Source: a virus
Lineage: Duplodnaviria; Caudoviricetes
Virus record (IMG/VR): IMGVR_UViG_3300011113_000163
Span: 1-62,057 of that record
Direction: 5' to 3' (one strand)
Length of the DNA stretch: 62,057 nt
Position 1 is the stretch's first letter. Each line of letters starts with the position of its first letter. Below the pieces are notes generated by a model, which saw nothing but the letters and a program-made list of their open reading frames with translations, did not search any database and had not been told where the DNA came from. The position numbers and the translations under genes were made by a program. This document shows, in pieces, positions 1-11,231 of this stretch.

Positions 1-20
1 TATATAAAAATAAAAAACTT

Positions 21-488
21 ATGGATAGTAAATCATTTTTAAAAGCTTTACAACTTATTATACGTGAGGAAGTTCAAAAAGCAGTACGTACTGAAGTTAA
101 AAAACTATTAGCAGAACAGTCTTCACATCATGTTGTCGACCATGGTATACGTATGAATACTCAAGCTATACCAAAGAAAAAAGTTAATAAAACATTTTCT
201 AAAGATCCTTTATTAAATGACTTGTTAGCAGAGACTGCTGCTAGTCCTATGGCTGTTACAGATGAATGGCCTGCTATGGATTTTCGTACGGAAATGGCAC
301 AAGGGTTTGGTATGATGAGATCTGCAGGACCTGACATTCCATATGCTCCTTCAGTTGCTCCTAGCCATGATGTTAACGGCAATCCGGTTAATACTAATAA
401 TGAAAATGTAGCTACTGTTGTTAATGCAATGACAAAAGATTATTCGGCATTAATGAAAGCAATTGATAAGAAAAAAGGTTTTAGATAA
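21..488 (+). CDS. hypothetical phage protein with N-terminal 'LIIREEV..LLAE' helix
   Basis: 155-aa ORF; stop overlaps next start (TAATG); IIREE motif shared with 28924..29199. Confidence 0.7.
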   Translation: MDSKSFLKALQLIIREEVQKAVRTEVKKLLAEQSSHHVVDHGIRMNTQAIPKKKVNKTFSKDPLLNDLLAETAASPMAVTDEWPAMDFRTEMAQGFGMMRSAGPDIPYAPSVAPSHDVNGNPVNTNNENVATVVNAMTKDYSALMKAIDKKKGFR

Positions 489-1039
489 TGGCCAGGCCAA
501 TATATAGATATCAACCTATCAATCTATTTCCAGATCGTACAATTGGTATAAAATTGCCATTTAATCGTAATGTACCTGGTAATAATTCTAGGTCTACATC
601 TGATTCGTACTCTGGTAATACTAACGGCGGCGGATTATTTTCTATGTCTAAAACAACAGAAGAACAATCTACTAGTAATTTTGTTAATTTAATTTTAACA
701 GAGACTGGTGAACGTATAATGCAACCAACGTTTGGTACTAATTTACGTCGTGTATTATTTAATCAAAGTACAGAAGATTTAGTCTCTGAAGTCGACGATG
801 TTATCCGTACTGCCGCGGCATACTGGGTGCCTTATATTCGTATAGTAGATATTATAATTGAACGTGATATAGATAGACATATTTTTTCCGTTAAGATTGT
901 ATATCAAGTAACTAATTTTCCAGCTGAACGCGTTATTAACGTATTATTATCTGAAAATGTTATACAAATAGTACCACAGGAATCAGTACCGTTAATTAGT
1001 AGACTTACGCCAGTAGGTACATTTGGAGGATATGTATAA
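488..1039 (+). CDS. baseplate wedge protein, T4 gp25-like
   Basis: LILTETGERIMQPTFGTNLRRVLF..YWVPYI is the gp25/GPW signature; directly upstream of gp6-like gene. Confidence 0.85.
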   Translation: MARPIYRYQPINLFPDRTIGIKLPFNRNVPGNNSRSTSDSYSGNTNGGGLFSMSKTTEEQSTSNFVNLILTETGERIMQPTFGTNLRRVLFNQSTEDLVSEVDDVIRTAAAYWVPYIRIVDIIIERDIDRHIFSVKIVYQVTNFPAERVINVLLSENVIQIVPQESVPLISRLTPVGTFGGYV

Positions 1040-2913
1040 TGGAATTAATTAAAAAAGATGTACGTTATTTAAATAAAGATTTTGCACAATTTAGACAAAA
1101 TTTAATAAATTTTACACGGCAGTATTTCCCTAATACTTATAGCGATTTTAATGAATCGTCGCCAGGTATGATGTTTATTGAAATGGCATCTTATGTAGGG
1201 GATGTATTATCTTATTATACAGATCAATCGTTTAGAGAATCGTTACTTAAAACAGCTAAAGAAGATACTAATGTTTTAATGTTGTCGCAAATATTTGGAT
1301 ATAAGCCAAAATTAAATTCAGCTGCGATAGTATCATTAGATGTGTATCAGTTGATTCCTTCTATAGGGTCCGGCGCAAACGCACGTCCAGATTATCGATA
1401 TGCATTATCTATTAAAACTGGTATGCAAGTTACATCACAAACTTCAAATTTGCAGTTTAGAACCATAGCACCTGTAGATTTTAATAATGATACGCCGGAA
1501 GATCCTACAGATGTTTCTGTATATGAATTAGATAGTGCAGGTAATGTACTATTTTACTTACTTAAAAAACAGGTACAAGCCGTATCTGGTCAGATTATAG
1601 CTAGAACTTATACATTCGCCGATCCTAAGCCGTATGATAAAATAGTTTTACCAGAAGATAATGTATTAGATTTAATTGATATAGTTGATAGCGAAGGTAA
1701 TAAATGGTATCAAACCGATTATCTAGCACAAGATACTATATTTGAAGATATTTTAAACATTCCGTACAATGATCCAGATTTGGCTGTATATCGTAGTACA
1801 GTCCCGTATATTTTGAAATTACGTAAAACGCCAAGAAGATTTGTGACACGTATCAGATCTGACTATCGTACTGAAATACAGTTTGGTTCTGGAATTAGTT
1901 CTGATGCAGATGAAGAAATTATTCCGAATCCTAAAAACGTAGGATTAGGTTTAGATTATTTAGAACGTACTACAAATTCTAATATCGATCCATCAAACTT
2001 TTTATATACTAGTACATATGGATTAGCTCCGTATAATACTACATTAACTGTACGATATAGTATAGGTGGTAGCGTAAATGAAAATGTATCGTCTAATGTA
2101 TTAACAATTGTAAGTAGTATAGAATATAATACAAATCCATACAATGTCAATTTAGGTTTCGTTCAATCGTCAGTAGCTGTAAATAATCCGGTACCGGCAA
2201 TTGGAGGTAAACAACGTGACGAAATTGAAAGTATACGACAAAATGCTATGGCAAGTTTTGCCGCACAAAACAGAGCAATAACACGAGAAGATTATATCGT
2301 ACGTTGTTATTCAATGCCAGTAAAATACGGTTCTGTAGCAAAAGCTTATGTAGTTGCTGATCAGCAAGTTAATGCTTATGATGTTACATATCCGCGTGAA
2401 ACTATATCAAACCCATTAGCGTTAAATGTATATACATTGGCATATGATGCAAATAAAAACTTTGTATCACTCAATACGGCATTACAAGAAAATTTACGTA
2501 CTTATCTTTCTAATTATAGAATGTTAACTGACGGTATTAATATTAAAACTGCACATATTATAAACATTGGTATTGAGTTTGAGGTAATACCTCGTCCTAA
2601 CTATAATAGTAATGAGGTAATTTTAGCATGTATTAATCGTTTAAAAACAATGTTTAATAATGATAGAATGCAGATTAACGGATCGATTAATCTTTCAAAT
2701 GTTGTCAGTGATTTAGATAGATTAGAAGGAGTACAAAGTATACCTAGATTAGAAATACATAATCTTTATGATACAACTGCTGGTTATTCTGGTAATGTAT
2801 ATAACATTAATTTAGCAACACGTAACAATATTGTATATCCTAGTTTAGATCCATGTATTTTTGAGATTAAATATCCGGATACCGATATTGTAGGTAGAGC
2901 CATTAGCATATAA
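1039..2913 (+). CDS. baseplate wedge subunit, T4 gp6 / baseplate J-like
   Basis: YLNKDFAQFRQNLINF..YSDFNESSPGMMFIEMASYVGDVLSYY and QNRAITREDY motifs; GGAGG at 1025-1029. Confidence 0.85.
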   Translation: MELIKKDVRYLNKDFAQFRQNLINFTRQYFPNTYSDFNESSPGMMFIEMASYVGDVLSYYTDQSFRESLLKTAKEDTNVLMLSQIFGYKPKLNSAAIVSLDVYQLIPSIGSGANARPDYRYALSIKTGMQVTSQTSNLQFRTIAPVDFNNDTPEDPTDVSVYELDSAGNVLFYLLKKQVQAVSGQIIARTYTFADPKPYDKIVLPEDNVLDLIDIVDSEGNKWYQTDYLAQDTIFEDILNIPYNDPDLAVYRSTVPYILKLRKTPRRFVTRIRSDYRTEIQFGSGISSDADEEIIPNPKNVGLGLDYLERTTNSNIDPSNFLYTSTYGLAPYNTTLTVRYSIGGSVNENVSSNVLTIVSSIEYNTNPYNVNLGFVQSSVAVNNPVPAIGGKQRDEIESIRQNAMASFAAQNRAITREDYIVRCYSMPVKYGSVAKAYVVADQQVNAYDVTYPRETISNPLALNVYTLAYDANKNFVSLNTALQENLRTYLSNYRMLTDGINIKTAHIINIGIEFEVIPRPNYNSNEVILACINRLKTMFNNDRMQINGSINLSNVVSDLDRLEGVQSIPRLEIHNLYDTTAGYSGNVYNINLATRNNIVYPSLDPCIFEIKYPDTDIVGRAISI

Positions 2914-2924
2914 GGAAGTGTACT

Positions 2925-4070
2925 ATGTATCAACTATATTTTGTCGATAAAGATACTACAATATACGAACGGTTTCCTAACCGTAATACAGGAATAGATG
3001 CGGTTTTAGAACTAACAAAAATTGCATCTGGATCTAAATTAAATGGTGAAATACAAGCCAATACTTACAATAGTCGTATATTAATAGATTTTAGTGCACA
3101 GGTATCTGCATTAACGACTGCTATATCAAATGGTACTATTCCTCCGATTGGAAAGTCTGCTGGATCTGCATCTGTATATCTTAATTTGCATGCTGTAGAT
3201 TCTACAGATTTACCGTTATCATATACATTAAAAGCTTTTCCAGTGTCACAATCATGGGTTAATGGAAACGGTAATTACAGCGACCTCCCAGAGGTACGTA
3301 ACGGAGCTAGTTGGTATTATCGTGATGACTATGATATAGCTACCGCATGGAATACTGCATCCGCTGCTAGTGCTGGAGAGCCTGGGGCAACTATTAGACA
3401 AGGCGGTGGTACATGGATTACTGGGTCTGGTTATGAAGCTAGTCAGTCGTTTAGTTTTCAATCGCCTGATGTTCGCATGGATGTCACGGATATTGTAAGT
3501 AAATGGACTACAAACATTATACCTAACTATGGATTCATTGTTAAACGATCGTATACGGATGAAACATCTAGTGATATTTTAGGTAGTTTAAAATTCTTTT
3601 CTCGTGAAACAAATACTATTTTTGTTCCAAGATTAGAAGTTGCTTGGAACGATGCAAATTTATCGGGTACCGGGTCTGTTACAGAAATTTCCGTAAACGA
3701 AACATATGTACCATATTTTAAGAATTTACGTGATTCGTACAGAGATGCAGATGTTTCGTTGTTTAGAGTAGGAGTTCGACCAGAATATCCGACAGCTAGT
3801 TATATTTCAACAAATTCACATTACTTGAATAATTTTAGACTACCTGCTACTAGTTATTATTCAATTAAGGATACAATTACGGATGAAACGATAATTCCGT
3901 TCGATACTACTGCTACTCAATTGAGTTGTGATACAAACGGAAATTATTTCAAAATAGCTTTTAGTACATTTATGCCAGAACGATATTATAAAATAGTATT
4001 AAAGGCAGTACATAGTACAGGTGATACTCAGATACATGATAATGGATATTATTTTAAAGTAGTTAGATAA
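2925..4070 (+). CDS. putative virion structural (baseplate-associated) protein
   Basis: 381-aa beta-rich ORF in baseplate cluster; AAGGA at 2912-2916. Confidence 0.55.
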   Translation: MYQLYFVDKDTTIYERFPNRNTGIDAVLELTKIASGSKLNGEIQANTYNSRILIDFSAQVSALTTAISNGTIPPIGKSAGSASVYLNLHAVDSTDLPLSYTLKAFPVSQSWVNGNGNYSDLPEVRNGASWYYRDDYDIATAWNTASAASAGEPGATIRQGGGTWITGSGYEASQSFSFQSPDVRMDVTDIVSKWTTNIIPNYGFIVKRSYTDETSSDILGSLKFFSRETNTIFVPRLEVAWNDANLSGTGSVTEISVNETYVPYFKNLRDSYRDADVSLFRVGVRPEYPTASYISTNSHYLNNFRLPATSYYSIKDTITDETIIPFDTTATQLSCDTNGNYFKIAFSTFMPERYYKIVLKAVHSTGDTQIHDNGYYFKVVR

Positions 4071-6691
4071 TGCCAACAACAAATAATAATATATACGATA
4101 ATCGTTACACTAATAGACGTAATACATACGAAGAATATCCTCAACCGACAGGTGTATATACGGATGAGCAGATTGCCAATGTACGATACGACGCTTTTGG
4201 TAGGCCGTATTGGATTTCGCCTACAACCCATAACAATCCGTTAAATGAATTACAACGCGATGGGATGAATATATTGTCAGTTAATGTACAAATACCTAAT
4301 ACATATGCTAAATATAAATTAGAAAAAGTATTTCCAAATGTTACTGATGATCGTATTGACGAACTTTTAGATGATGAATGGAACTATTATGGTCCGGATA
4401 TTGTAACCGAGTTAAGAACTCCCGGCGTAACAGGCGAATTTAAAACAGCGTTTGAAATAAATACTCCTATAGATTTTCATGCTACTTATATTCTATACGG
4501 CCCGTCAACTATAGATGCTAGAATAGCCGCTGGTCAGTCTTCTGATGATGTTATTAAAAATACGTTTTGTGTCTTTTTTATTCGAGATTCTATCGCATAT
4601 CCGATTCCTAACTACAAAACGCTGGAAGTGATGTTAGTAGAAAATGGCAAGTCGTATTCCGATATAAAGGAAGCTACTTTACAAGAAATGACCGAGTATG
4701 ATTTTACACTAGACGGTGCGTTTGCGGGCGATCAAACTGTTACATATACGCCTGATCCTGTTGAAGAATTTCAATTTCGTACCCTATTAAATCGTAGTAA
4801 TGAATGGAGCACATTAATTAGATATAAAAGCGGATATCGTCCGACATTGCCGTTCACACGTGATCCAGGTGATTATATTAAACCGTTAGGATATACCGGA
4901 ACAACATCTAATCAGCCTGATGTGTATGTGGCAGAAGATCCGACAGATACTTTCTTTGATACTACTTTTCAGCAACAAACTTATAAAGAACGTTTACGTG
5001 AAAAGTTTGAAGGTAAGATGATTATCTTGAATTGGCCATCGCCATATGCTAGTGGCGAATTGGGTGATGGTACTAATGTAGCCGATAGTTATCAGTTTGG
5101 TTTACGTATGATGATCCATGGATATTGGAAACAAGTAACTGATCCTAACGTGTTAAAATTATATGCTACAATCAATAACTTTGATATATCAGATTTTGAC
5201 GATCCAGGTTCTAGTGGTAATCCTATGTTAGGAACTAATGGATTAATTAATATATTAGTAAATCAACGCGGTATAACTGTTATTAATTATCTTGGTACCG
5301 AGTTTGCTCCAATATGGAATGATTTTCCTCATATCTACGATGTAGATGATGTTGATTTATTGGATTATCAAGAATATTTAGATTACTGGAGCAATGGTAA
5401 TAAAATGTTTGATGTATATTATCTGAATCCGTACGAACCTAAAGGAAGTATAGCATATTATCCGTTTTCTAGATTAGTATTGTTACAAGAACAATTAATC
5501 AATCAGTTTGAAATCGATGCTATACGTCCACAATTATTAACATTATGGCAGTCAGTCGCTACAAAACTTACAAATATTTCTAATATATCTAATTCAATAC
5601 CAGGAAATTTTACACAGTATTTCTTTAACATATATGGAGAGTCTGGTGATATTTTTAAAGTAATGAATGCTCCTAATGGCGATAAATGGAAATTTGTAAA
5701 AAGAAAAAATAACGGCGAATTAAAAGCTCTGGATGATCAGGCTAGCTTCCTCCGTCTTTTAGAAAAAAATAATAATATTCTACGAAAGTTCGATGGTAGT
5801 GAAGAAATGAATATTGTTAACATTTCTAAATGGGGTAAAACAATTGAACAAGATAGACTACGCAATCTTAGTATAGGTAGTTTAGGGCTTAACGGTAATG
5901 ATGATGAAAGTGTCATCAATGGCGGCCTTGGTATATTAGGCGCAGCGGCGGGAACTTTATCCGCGGCTAGTGTAACAACGGTTACAACAACTACACTTGT
6001 ATTAACTTCTTTGGAAGGCGCATTAATTCCTACGTTAGTAACAACTACTGCAACAACTGGAGTGGGTTTAGCGGTAGGTGCTGGTGTAGTTGCGACTGCA
6101 GCATTGTTGTATTTTGGATTACAAGTTATAATGGGCGAAGCTTTAGATGATAAGTATGACTTGCCAAGAAACAAATACATATACAATGGCCCAGGCGGAG
6201 GAGGTAGTGATAGATTAAGAACATTAATGAACGGCTCATATACAGATGCAATGATATTAAATGAACTAGCCGTTACGATATCTCAATTAGAAATAAATTC
6301 TACTTTAGCAGATGAAGCTTTAGTTGCATTACGCCAATCAATCGCAGCATTATCACCGGCAATAAACGAAATAGAAAGTAGAATTAATTCAGCTGAGGGT
6401 ATTGAAGAATTTCAGTTATTACTAGCAGATTTACAGACAATTGACGGTGTGTTAGATAGTTATATAAGTACGATTATACCTATAATACAAGACGTTAAAA
6501 CACAAATGGATTCAGTGGCAATTGTACAAATGCAAAAATATTATGATGCTATTCAATATGCACGTAGGATAGTATATGAACGCGTAGGAATAAATAATAC
6601 ACGTGGAATACAATGGCCCGAAGCTTCTATAGCAGTTATAAACAAATATTTACCAGGTAAGACTTTTGATGACTATTTACCGCAAAGTTAA
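4070..6691 (+). CDS. hypothetical protein with long hydrophobic segment and C-terminal helical region
   Basis: 873-aa ORF coupled to previous gene by TAATG. Confidence 0.6.
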   Translation: MPTTNNNIYDNRYTNRRNTYEEYPQPTGVYTDEQIANVRYDAFGRPYWISPTTHNNPLNELQRDGMNILSVNVQIPNTYAKYKLEKVFPNVTDDRIDELLDDEWNYYGPDIVTELRTPGVTGEFKTAFEINTPIDFHATYILYGPSTIDARIAAGQSSDDVIKNTFCVFFIRDSIAYPIPNYKTLEVMLVENGKSYSDIKEATLQEMTEYDFTLDGAFAGDQTVTYTPDPVEEFQFRTLLNRSNEWSTLIRYKSGYRPTLPFTRDPGDYIKPLGYTGTTSNQPDVYVAEDPTDTFFDTTFQQQTYKERLREKFEGKMIILNWPSPYASGELGDGTNVADSYQFGLRMMIHGYWKQVTDPNVLKLYATINNFDISDFDDPGSSGNPMLGTNGLINILVNQRGITVINYLGTEFAPIWNDFPHIYDVDDVDLLDYQEYLDYWSNGNKMFDVYYLNPYEPKGSIAYYPFSRLVLLQEQLINQFEIDAIRPQLLTLWQSVATKLTNISNISNSIPGNFTQYFFNIYGESGDIFKVMNAPNGDKWKFVKRKNNGELKALDDQASFLRLLEKNNNILRKFDGSEEMNIVNISKWGKTIEQDRLRNLSIGSLGLNGNDDESVINGGLGILGAAAGTLSAASVTTVTTTTLVLTSLEGALIPTLVTTTATTGVGLAVGAGVVATAALLYFGLQVIMGEALDDKYDLPRNKYIYNGPGGGGSDRLRTLMNGSYTDAMILNELAVTISQLEINSTLADEALVALRQSIAALSPAINEIESRINSAEGIEEFQLLLADLQTIDGVLDSYISTIIPIIQDVKTQMDSVAIVQMQKYYDAIQYARRIVYERVGINNTRGIQWPEASIAVINKYLPGKTFDDYLPQS

Positions 6692-6694
6692 GAT

Positions 6695-9600
6695 ATGTTA
6701 GAAAGATTTTCAAATAAAGATTATATACTATCAACAAAAGGATTTGTACGTGGTATAACTTGGAAACAAGAAGATATTGAACAGTTACAACTTAGTACAC
6801 AGACTGTATTAACACAAGAACGTCCGGTAGTTGAATTACATTTATATTCGCCCGGTGGTATGTATATTACCGGAGGTGTTACTACTGCATTTGATTTTGA
6901 CCGCGATAAAATATCTGTTGATTATGCTACATTTTTTAATACCGTTGATATTGAACGTGGATATTATGAAGTAGTATCGAACATATATCGTAATTTGTTA
7001 GGATCTGAAGTCGATCCGTTAATTCAAGTAAAAGAAATATCGGCAGATCGTCGTGAAATTATTGTACGATTAGTACCATTAGATCCGGCACGATTAGCCG
7101 TTAATGGTAATGCAATTCCTGCATACTTAACAGCTAATGATTCGGTATTTGACAAAGATATATTTTTAAATTTTGGTAAAGATCGTTTATTAAAAGTAAT
7201 TAATCAACGTAATTATTCGGAATCAAATACGTTAGAAAATAATACGATTGCTTTTAGATTATATCAACCATTACCAGCTGATATTGTTATCAATGATACT
7301 TTATGGGTTGTAGAATCGTTATCGGATTCGATTACAGACAATGTTAATGTAACTACAGTACCGGACGATCGTGTAGTAAACATATTACGTGGTCCTAATT
7401 TTGAATATGCAGATGATTTGGCTACAACAACTGAAACAGATTTTCAAAACTGGAATTCTTTGTTAGGATCAAATCTTTCTACATCACAGCAAATTATTGA
7501 TAGATATTTTTCTGGATCATTAGGTGGCGTACATTTAAATGTTGATTATACAGCATTTGAAAACTTTGTATTTTATTCTTCCGCATACGAAAGATTGGCT
7601 AATTTTAAATACAAACTTGAATTAATTGAATACTATGACAATCAACTAAATACATTAAACAATGTAGCCTTAGGGTCTGACGATACGGCGTTACAAAATA
7701 ACATTGCATTAACAACTGAACGTAAAGATAACGTTATTGGCGGGTTTGATGGTTTTGAACGTTGGTTATACAATGAACCTACTGCAAGTTTAACGACCCA
7801 TGGGGCATCTGGAAGTTATATTGGAACAGATGGTTATGCTATAACACCATGGCCAAAATATTTATCTGGCAGTAAATATTATTTATATGATACGAACAAT
7901 ACGTTAGCAATAGCTTGGTATGACGGTTTTTCTGCTACTGCGTCATTATATGATGAGCAAAATAATAATGCGTTAGTAAAAACAATACCCGAACATATAC
8001 GTAATGATGCAAATAATAGTGAATATGAACTGTTCATTAATATGATTGGACATCATTTTGATATTTTATATACTTACATCAAAGCTTTAACCGATATATA
8101 TCGGCCTGAAGAAAATCCTAAATTAGGACGTAGTCGTGAAGTATTATATAATGTAGCTGAAAGCTTAGGTTGGAAATTAACTAATGGTAATCAAGCTACT
8201 GCATTATGGAAATATAAATTAGGTACTAATTATGATGGTACATATCAAAGTACCGGTAGTTTATTTAGTAAGTCTAATGAAGATATTAGTACTGAGGTAT
8301 GGCGCCGTATTGTAAATAATTTACCTTACTTATTAAAGACAAAAGGTACTAGTCGTAGCGTTAAAGCTTTGATGAATGCATATGGTATTCCTCAGACATT
8401 GTTATCAATTCGTGAATACGGCGGCCCGTCAACTACAAACGAAACACCGTCATTAATTGAAGATCGTTTTGCGTATGCTGTTAGATTAACAGGCGAAAGC
8501 CAGATATATGCACATATGCATCATGTTACGTCTAGTATCGGAAGACCGTGGGGTATCGAACGCGGAGTTATTCCTATTATAACTCACGAAATACGCTTTA
8601 AGCCTAGCGTTACGCAATCAATGCTATTAATGTCGTATGCTAAAGATGTAGCCGCATCCATATATGTCGATGATGAGTATGTCAATCCATTTTATGTTAG
8701 TAGTTTAAGTGCTAACGGCGAAAGTTTATGGCATGTTATATTGGAACATACAGCATCTTATTCTGGATCTAGTAATTACGGTCGTGTACATTTTATAATG
8801 CCTGATGGTGGTCCGACAACTGTAATCGATCCATTACATGCAATAACTCCATGGACTCCTATTTATGACGGTGATTGGTGGAATTTTAGATTAAACTATA
8901 ATACATCTGGCCGGCATTACAATTCAGGTTCAAATACAGATACTTTATATCAAATTAAAGTACAAAAGAAATCTGATTTTGTTAATGCTAAAGTTGTACA
9001 TGCAGTATCTGCTTCAACTGTTACAGCTACTAGCGGTAGCCATTATCAATTTTGGTGTAGTCCTACTGCATCTTATAATATATTAATTGGCGGTAATAGC
9101 GGTTCTACAAATAATAACGATATTTACGGATTAGATGCATATGTATCTACATCTTTAGGATTAGGTAGTATACCTACCATGTATAAAGGTAATCTTCAAG
9201 AATATCGTGCTTGGTTAGAAACGGTTAATGACACTGCATTTAATGACCATACTATTAATCCTACAAGTTATGTTTCTAGTATTTCGCCTACTAGTAGTTT
9301 TGATACTTTAATTCGTCATTTTACACTAGGTACAGAAACAAAAGCTTATGATTTAAGTTTGACGGGTGTTTCTGTTATTTCTAGTAGTCACCCATTCCGA
9401 GGATTATCTAATTTTGGTAGCGAATCAATGCCGTTTGAAATTACCGGTAGTGTTCGTGGATTTCAAATTCCTTCTAACTTACAACGAGGTAATTTTAATG
9501 TTGTAGAAGAGACGTACTATGTGCCAGGAGTTTCATTAGGCGGTAATAATTTTTATTCACAAAAAATACGTTTTGATGATAATGAGTTAGTATATAATTT

Positions 9601-11191
9601 ATCTCCGATAGCCAATGGTGAACGTTCTAGATATGATTTATATCCAGTCGATTCAAATAAATTAGGTATGTTTTATAGCATGGCTGATCAGATTAATAAA
9701 GATATTTTTAATCATATCGGGCGGATAGAGTTGGATGATTATATCGGCGATCCAGATGATGAATTTGAATATACTTATCCTGATTTAGTATCGTTTTCAA
9801 AACAATACTGGAAGAAATTTTCTGATCGTAATGACTTGAATGCTTATATACGTATTTTTAGTCAGTTTGATTTTTCATTGTTTGAACAAATAAAACAATT
9901 ATTACCTGAGCGAGCCGATTATGTATATGGATTGCTAATCGAGCCACATGCATTGGAACGCGTTAAAATGCCTTTATATAAAGGAATGTCAAATGCACGT
10001 GAAAATAATATTGATATAGTAATTCAACCTTCGGTAGTATCTAGTAGCGGAGATTTTTCTCCAGAATATAATGCCACAATTGTACGTCCACTGTCATCAA
10101 GTTTTGATTTTATTTCAGAAAAGATCGGATCAATCGTAAGACCTTTATCGTCTAGTGCAGATTTTATTATTGAACATTCAGCTAGTATCGAGTATGTAGT
10201 TGAATCCGATTATTGTACTATATATACTCCACCGGTAGATGAACGTCCCTCAAGTACAGCTTCATTAGCAGATGCTTATAATAAAAATAGTGGAACATCG
10301 TTGCCATGGTCAACTTCAGCGCCATCATTTTTTATTGCTTTAAACGAGTCTGGAAGCTATAATGTATTTAATACTATTACTCCTACCGAAACTACTAGTT
10401 ATTTAATGACACGATATGCTGTAAATACTCAACATGATGTAGATTATGATTTTCGTGTGCGAATTTTATCTTCCGATGCGAATGGATCTTCGACTGGTTC
10501 ATGTACTGTTAAATTGTTAACAATTGATGAGGGTGGAGTATCAACGTTGTTAGATGAACATAAGATATCGTTGATTAATTATACTGGAACAAATTATCGC
10601 TCTGATGAAATATTGTTTCAAAATGTATTAGTTAACGCATATAATGATTTATATATAGCAGTTAAATTCAATAACTTGAATGTATCAGCTGACTTTATAC
10701 CTACTGTAGATCGTATAATTGTTACACGTACTATCAATGAAGTTTGCCATACCGGCACGTTTCCACTTATTGACGATTGTCGACCGAGTTATATTTATCA
10801 ACAAGATATACGATATTATTCTGGAAGTAGTACTTATAGTACTCGCGAAAGACGTAATACAGATCACTTCTTAAGCCAATCATTAGGTTTATATTATAGT
10901 TCAAGTATAGAACATGCATGCTATAAAGATGACTTCTTTACGCAAATAGAAAATTTATATTACGAAGGATGTCGTATAACAGCTCCAGATATTAACGTTT
11001 CAGTGCCGTTGGGTGGTATAGGATATGGACCTGTTGTCACTGTATGGATTACAAATCCAAATCAATTAATATATTCATTAACTCCTGGTTCAATTACGCC
11101 GGGCGGTAATACAGGTACTAGTGGCCCGATAGGCGGAAATACAGGGCCTGGACCAGGTAATTTACAGCCAGGTAACTTAATTATTAGATAA
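6695..11191 (+). CDS. large baseplate/tail structural protein
   Basis: 1498 aa; LPYLLKTKGTSRSVKALMNAYG resembles the P2 gpI / T4 gp7-type wedge motif; central LamG-like region. Confidence 0.6.
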   Translation: MLERFSNKDYILSTKGFVRGITWKQEDIEQLQLSTQTVLTQERPVVELHLYSPGGMYITGGVTTAFDFDRDKISVDYATFFNTVDIERGYYEVVSNIYRNLLGSEVDPLIQVKEISADRREIIVRLVPLDPARLAVNGNAIPAYLTANDSVFDKDIFLNFGKDRLLKVINQRNYSESNTLENNTIAFRLYQPLPADIVINDTLWVVESLSDSITDNVNVTTVPDDRVVNILRGPNFEYADDLATTTETDFQNWNSLLGSNLSTSQQIIDRYFSGSLGGVHLNVDYTAFENFVFYSSAYERLANFKYKLELIEYYDNQLNTLNNVALGSDDTALQNNIALTTERKDNVIGGFDGFERWLYNEPTASLTTHGASGSYIGTDGYAITPWPKYLSGSKYYLYDTNNTLAIAWYDGFSATASLYDEQNNNALVKTIPEHIRNDANNSEYELFINMIGHHFDILYTYIKALTDIYRPEENPKLGRSREVLYNVAESLGWKLTNGNQATALWKYKLGTNYDGTYQSTGSLFSKSNEDISTEVWRRIVNNLPYLLKTKGTSRSVKALMNAYGIPQTLLSIREYGGPSTTNETPSLIEDRFAYAVRLTGESQIYAHMHHVTSSIGRPWGIERGVIPIITHEIRFKPSVTQSMLLMSYAKDVAASIYVDDEYVNPFYVSSLSANGESLWHVILEHTASYSGSSNYGRVHFIMPDGGPTTVIDPLHAITPWTPIYDGDWWNFRLNYNTSGRHYNSGSNTDTLYQIKVQKKSDFVNAKVVHAVSASTVTATSGSHYQFWCSPTASYNILIGGNSGSTNNNDIYGLDAYVSTSLGLGSIPTMYKGNLQEYRAWLETVNDTAFNDHTINPTSYVSSISPTSSFDTLIRHFTLGTETKAYDLSLTGVSVISSSHPFRGLSNFGSESMPFEITGSVRGFQIPSNLQRGNFNVVEETYYVPGVSLGGNNFYSQKIRFDDNELVYNLSPIANGERSRYDLYPVDSNKLGMFYSMADQINKDIFNHIGRIELDDYIGDPDDEFEYTYPDLVSFSKQYWKKFSDRNDLNAYIRIFSQFDFSLFEQIKQLLPERADYVYGLLIEPHALERVKMPLYKGMSNARENNIDIVIQPSVVSSSGDFSPEYNATIVRPLSSSFDFISEKIGSIVRPLSSSADFIIEHSASIEYVVESDYCTIYTPPVDERPSSTASLADAYNKNSGTSLPWSTSAPSFFIALNESGSYNVFNTITPTETTSYLMTRYAVNTQHDVDYDFRVRILSSDANGSSTGSCTVKLLTIDEGGVSTLLDEHKISLINYTGTNYRSDEILFQNVLVNAYNDLYIAVKFNNLNVSADFIPTVDRIIVTRTINEVCHTGTFPLIDDCRPSYIYQQDIRYYSGSSTYSTRERRNTDHFLSQSLGLYYSSSIEHACYKDDFFTQIENLYYEGCRITAPDINVSVPLGGIGYGPVVTVWITNPNQLIYSLTPGSITPGGNTGTSGPIGGNTGPGPGNLQPGNLIIR

Positions 11192-11205
11192 TTTTAATGA
11201 TATAC

Positions 11206-11213
11206 ATATTTAT
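11206..11213 (+). promoter_or_regulatory. putative late promoter ATATTTAT
   Basis: recurrent intergenic motif. Confidence 0.65.
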
Positions 11214-11231
11214 TAAAAAATAAGGAATTTT

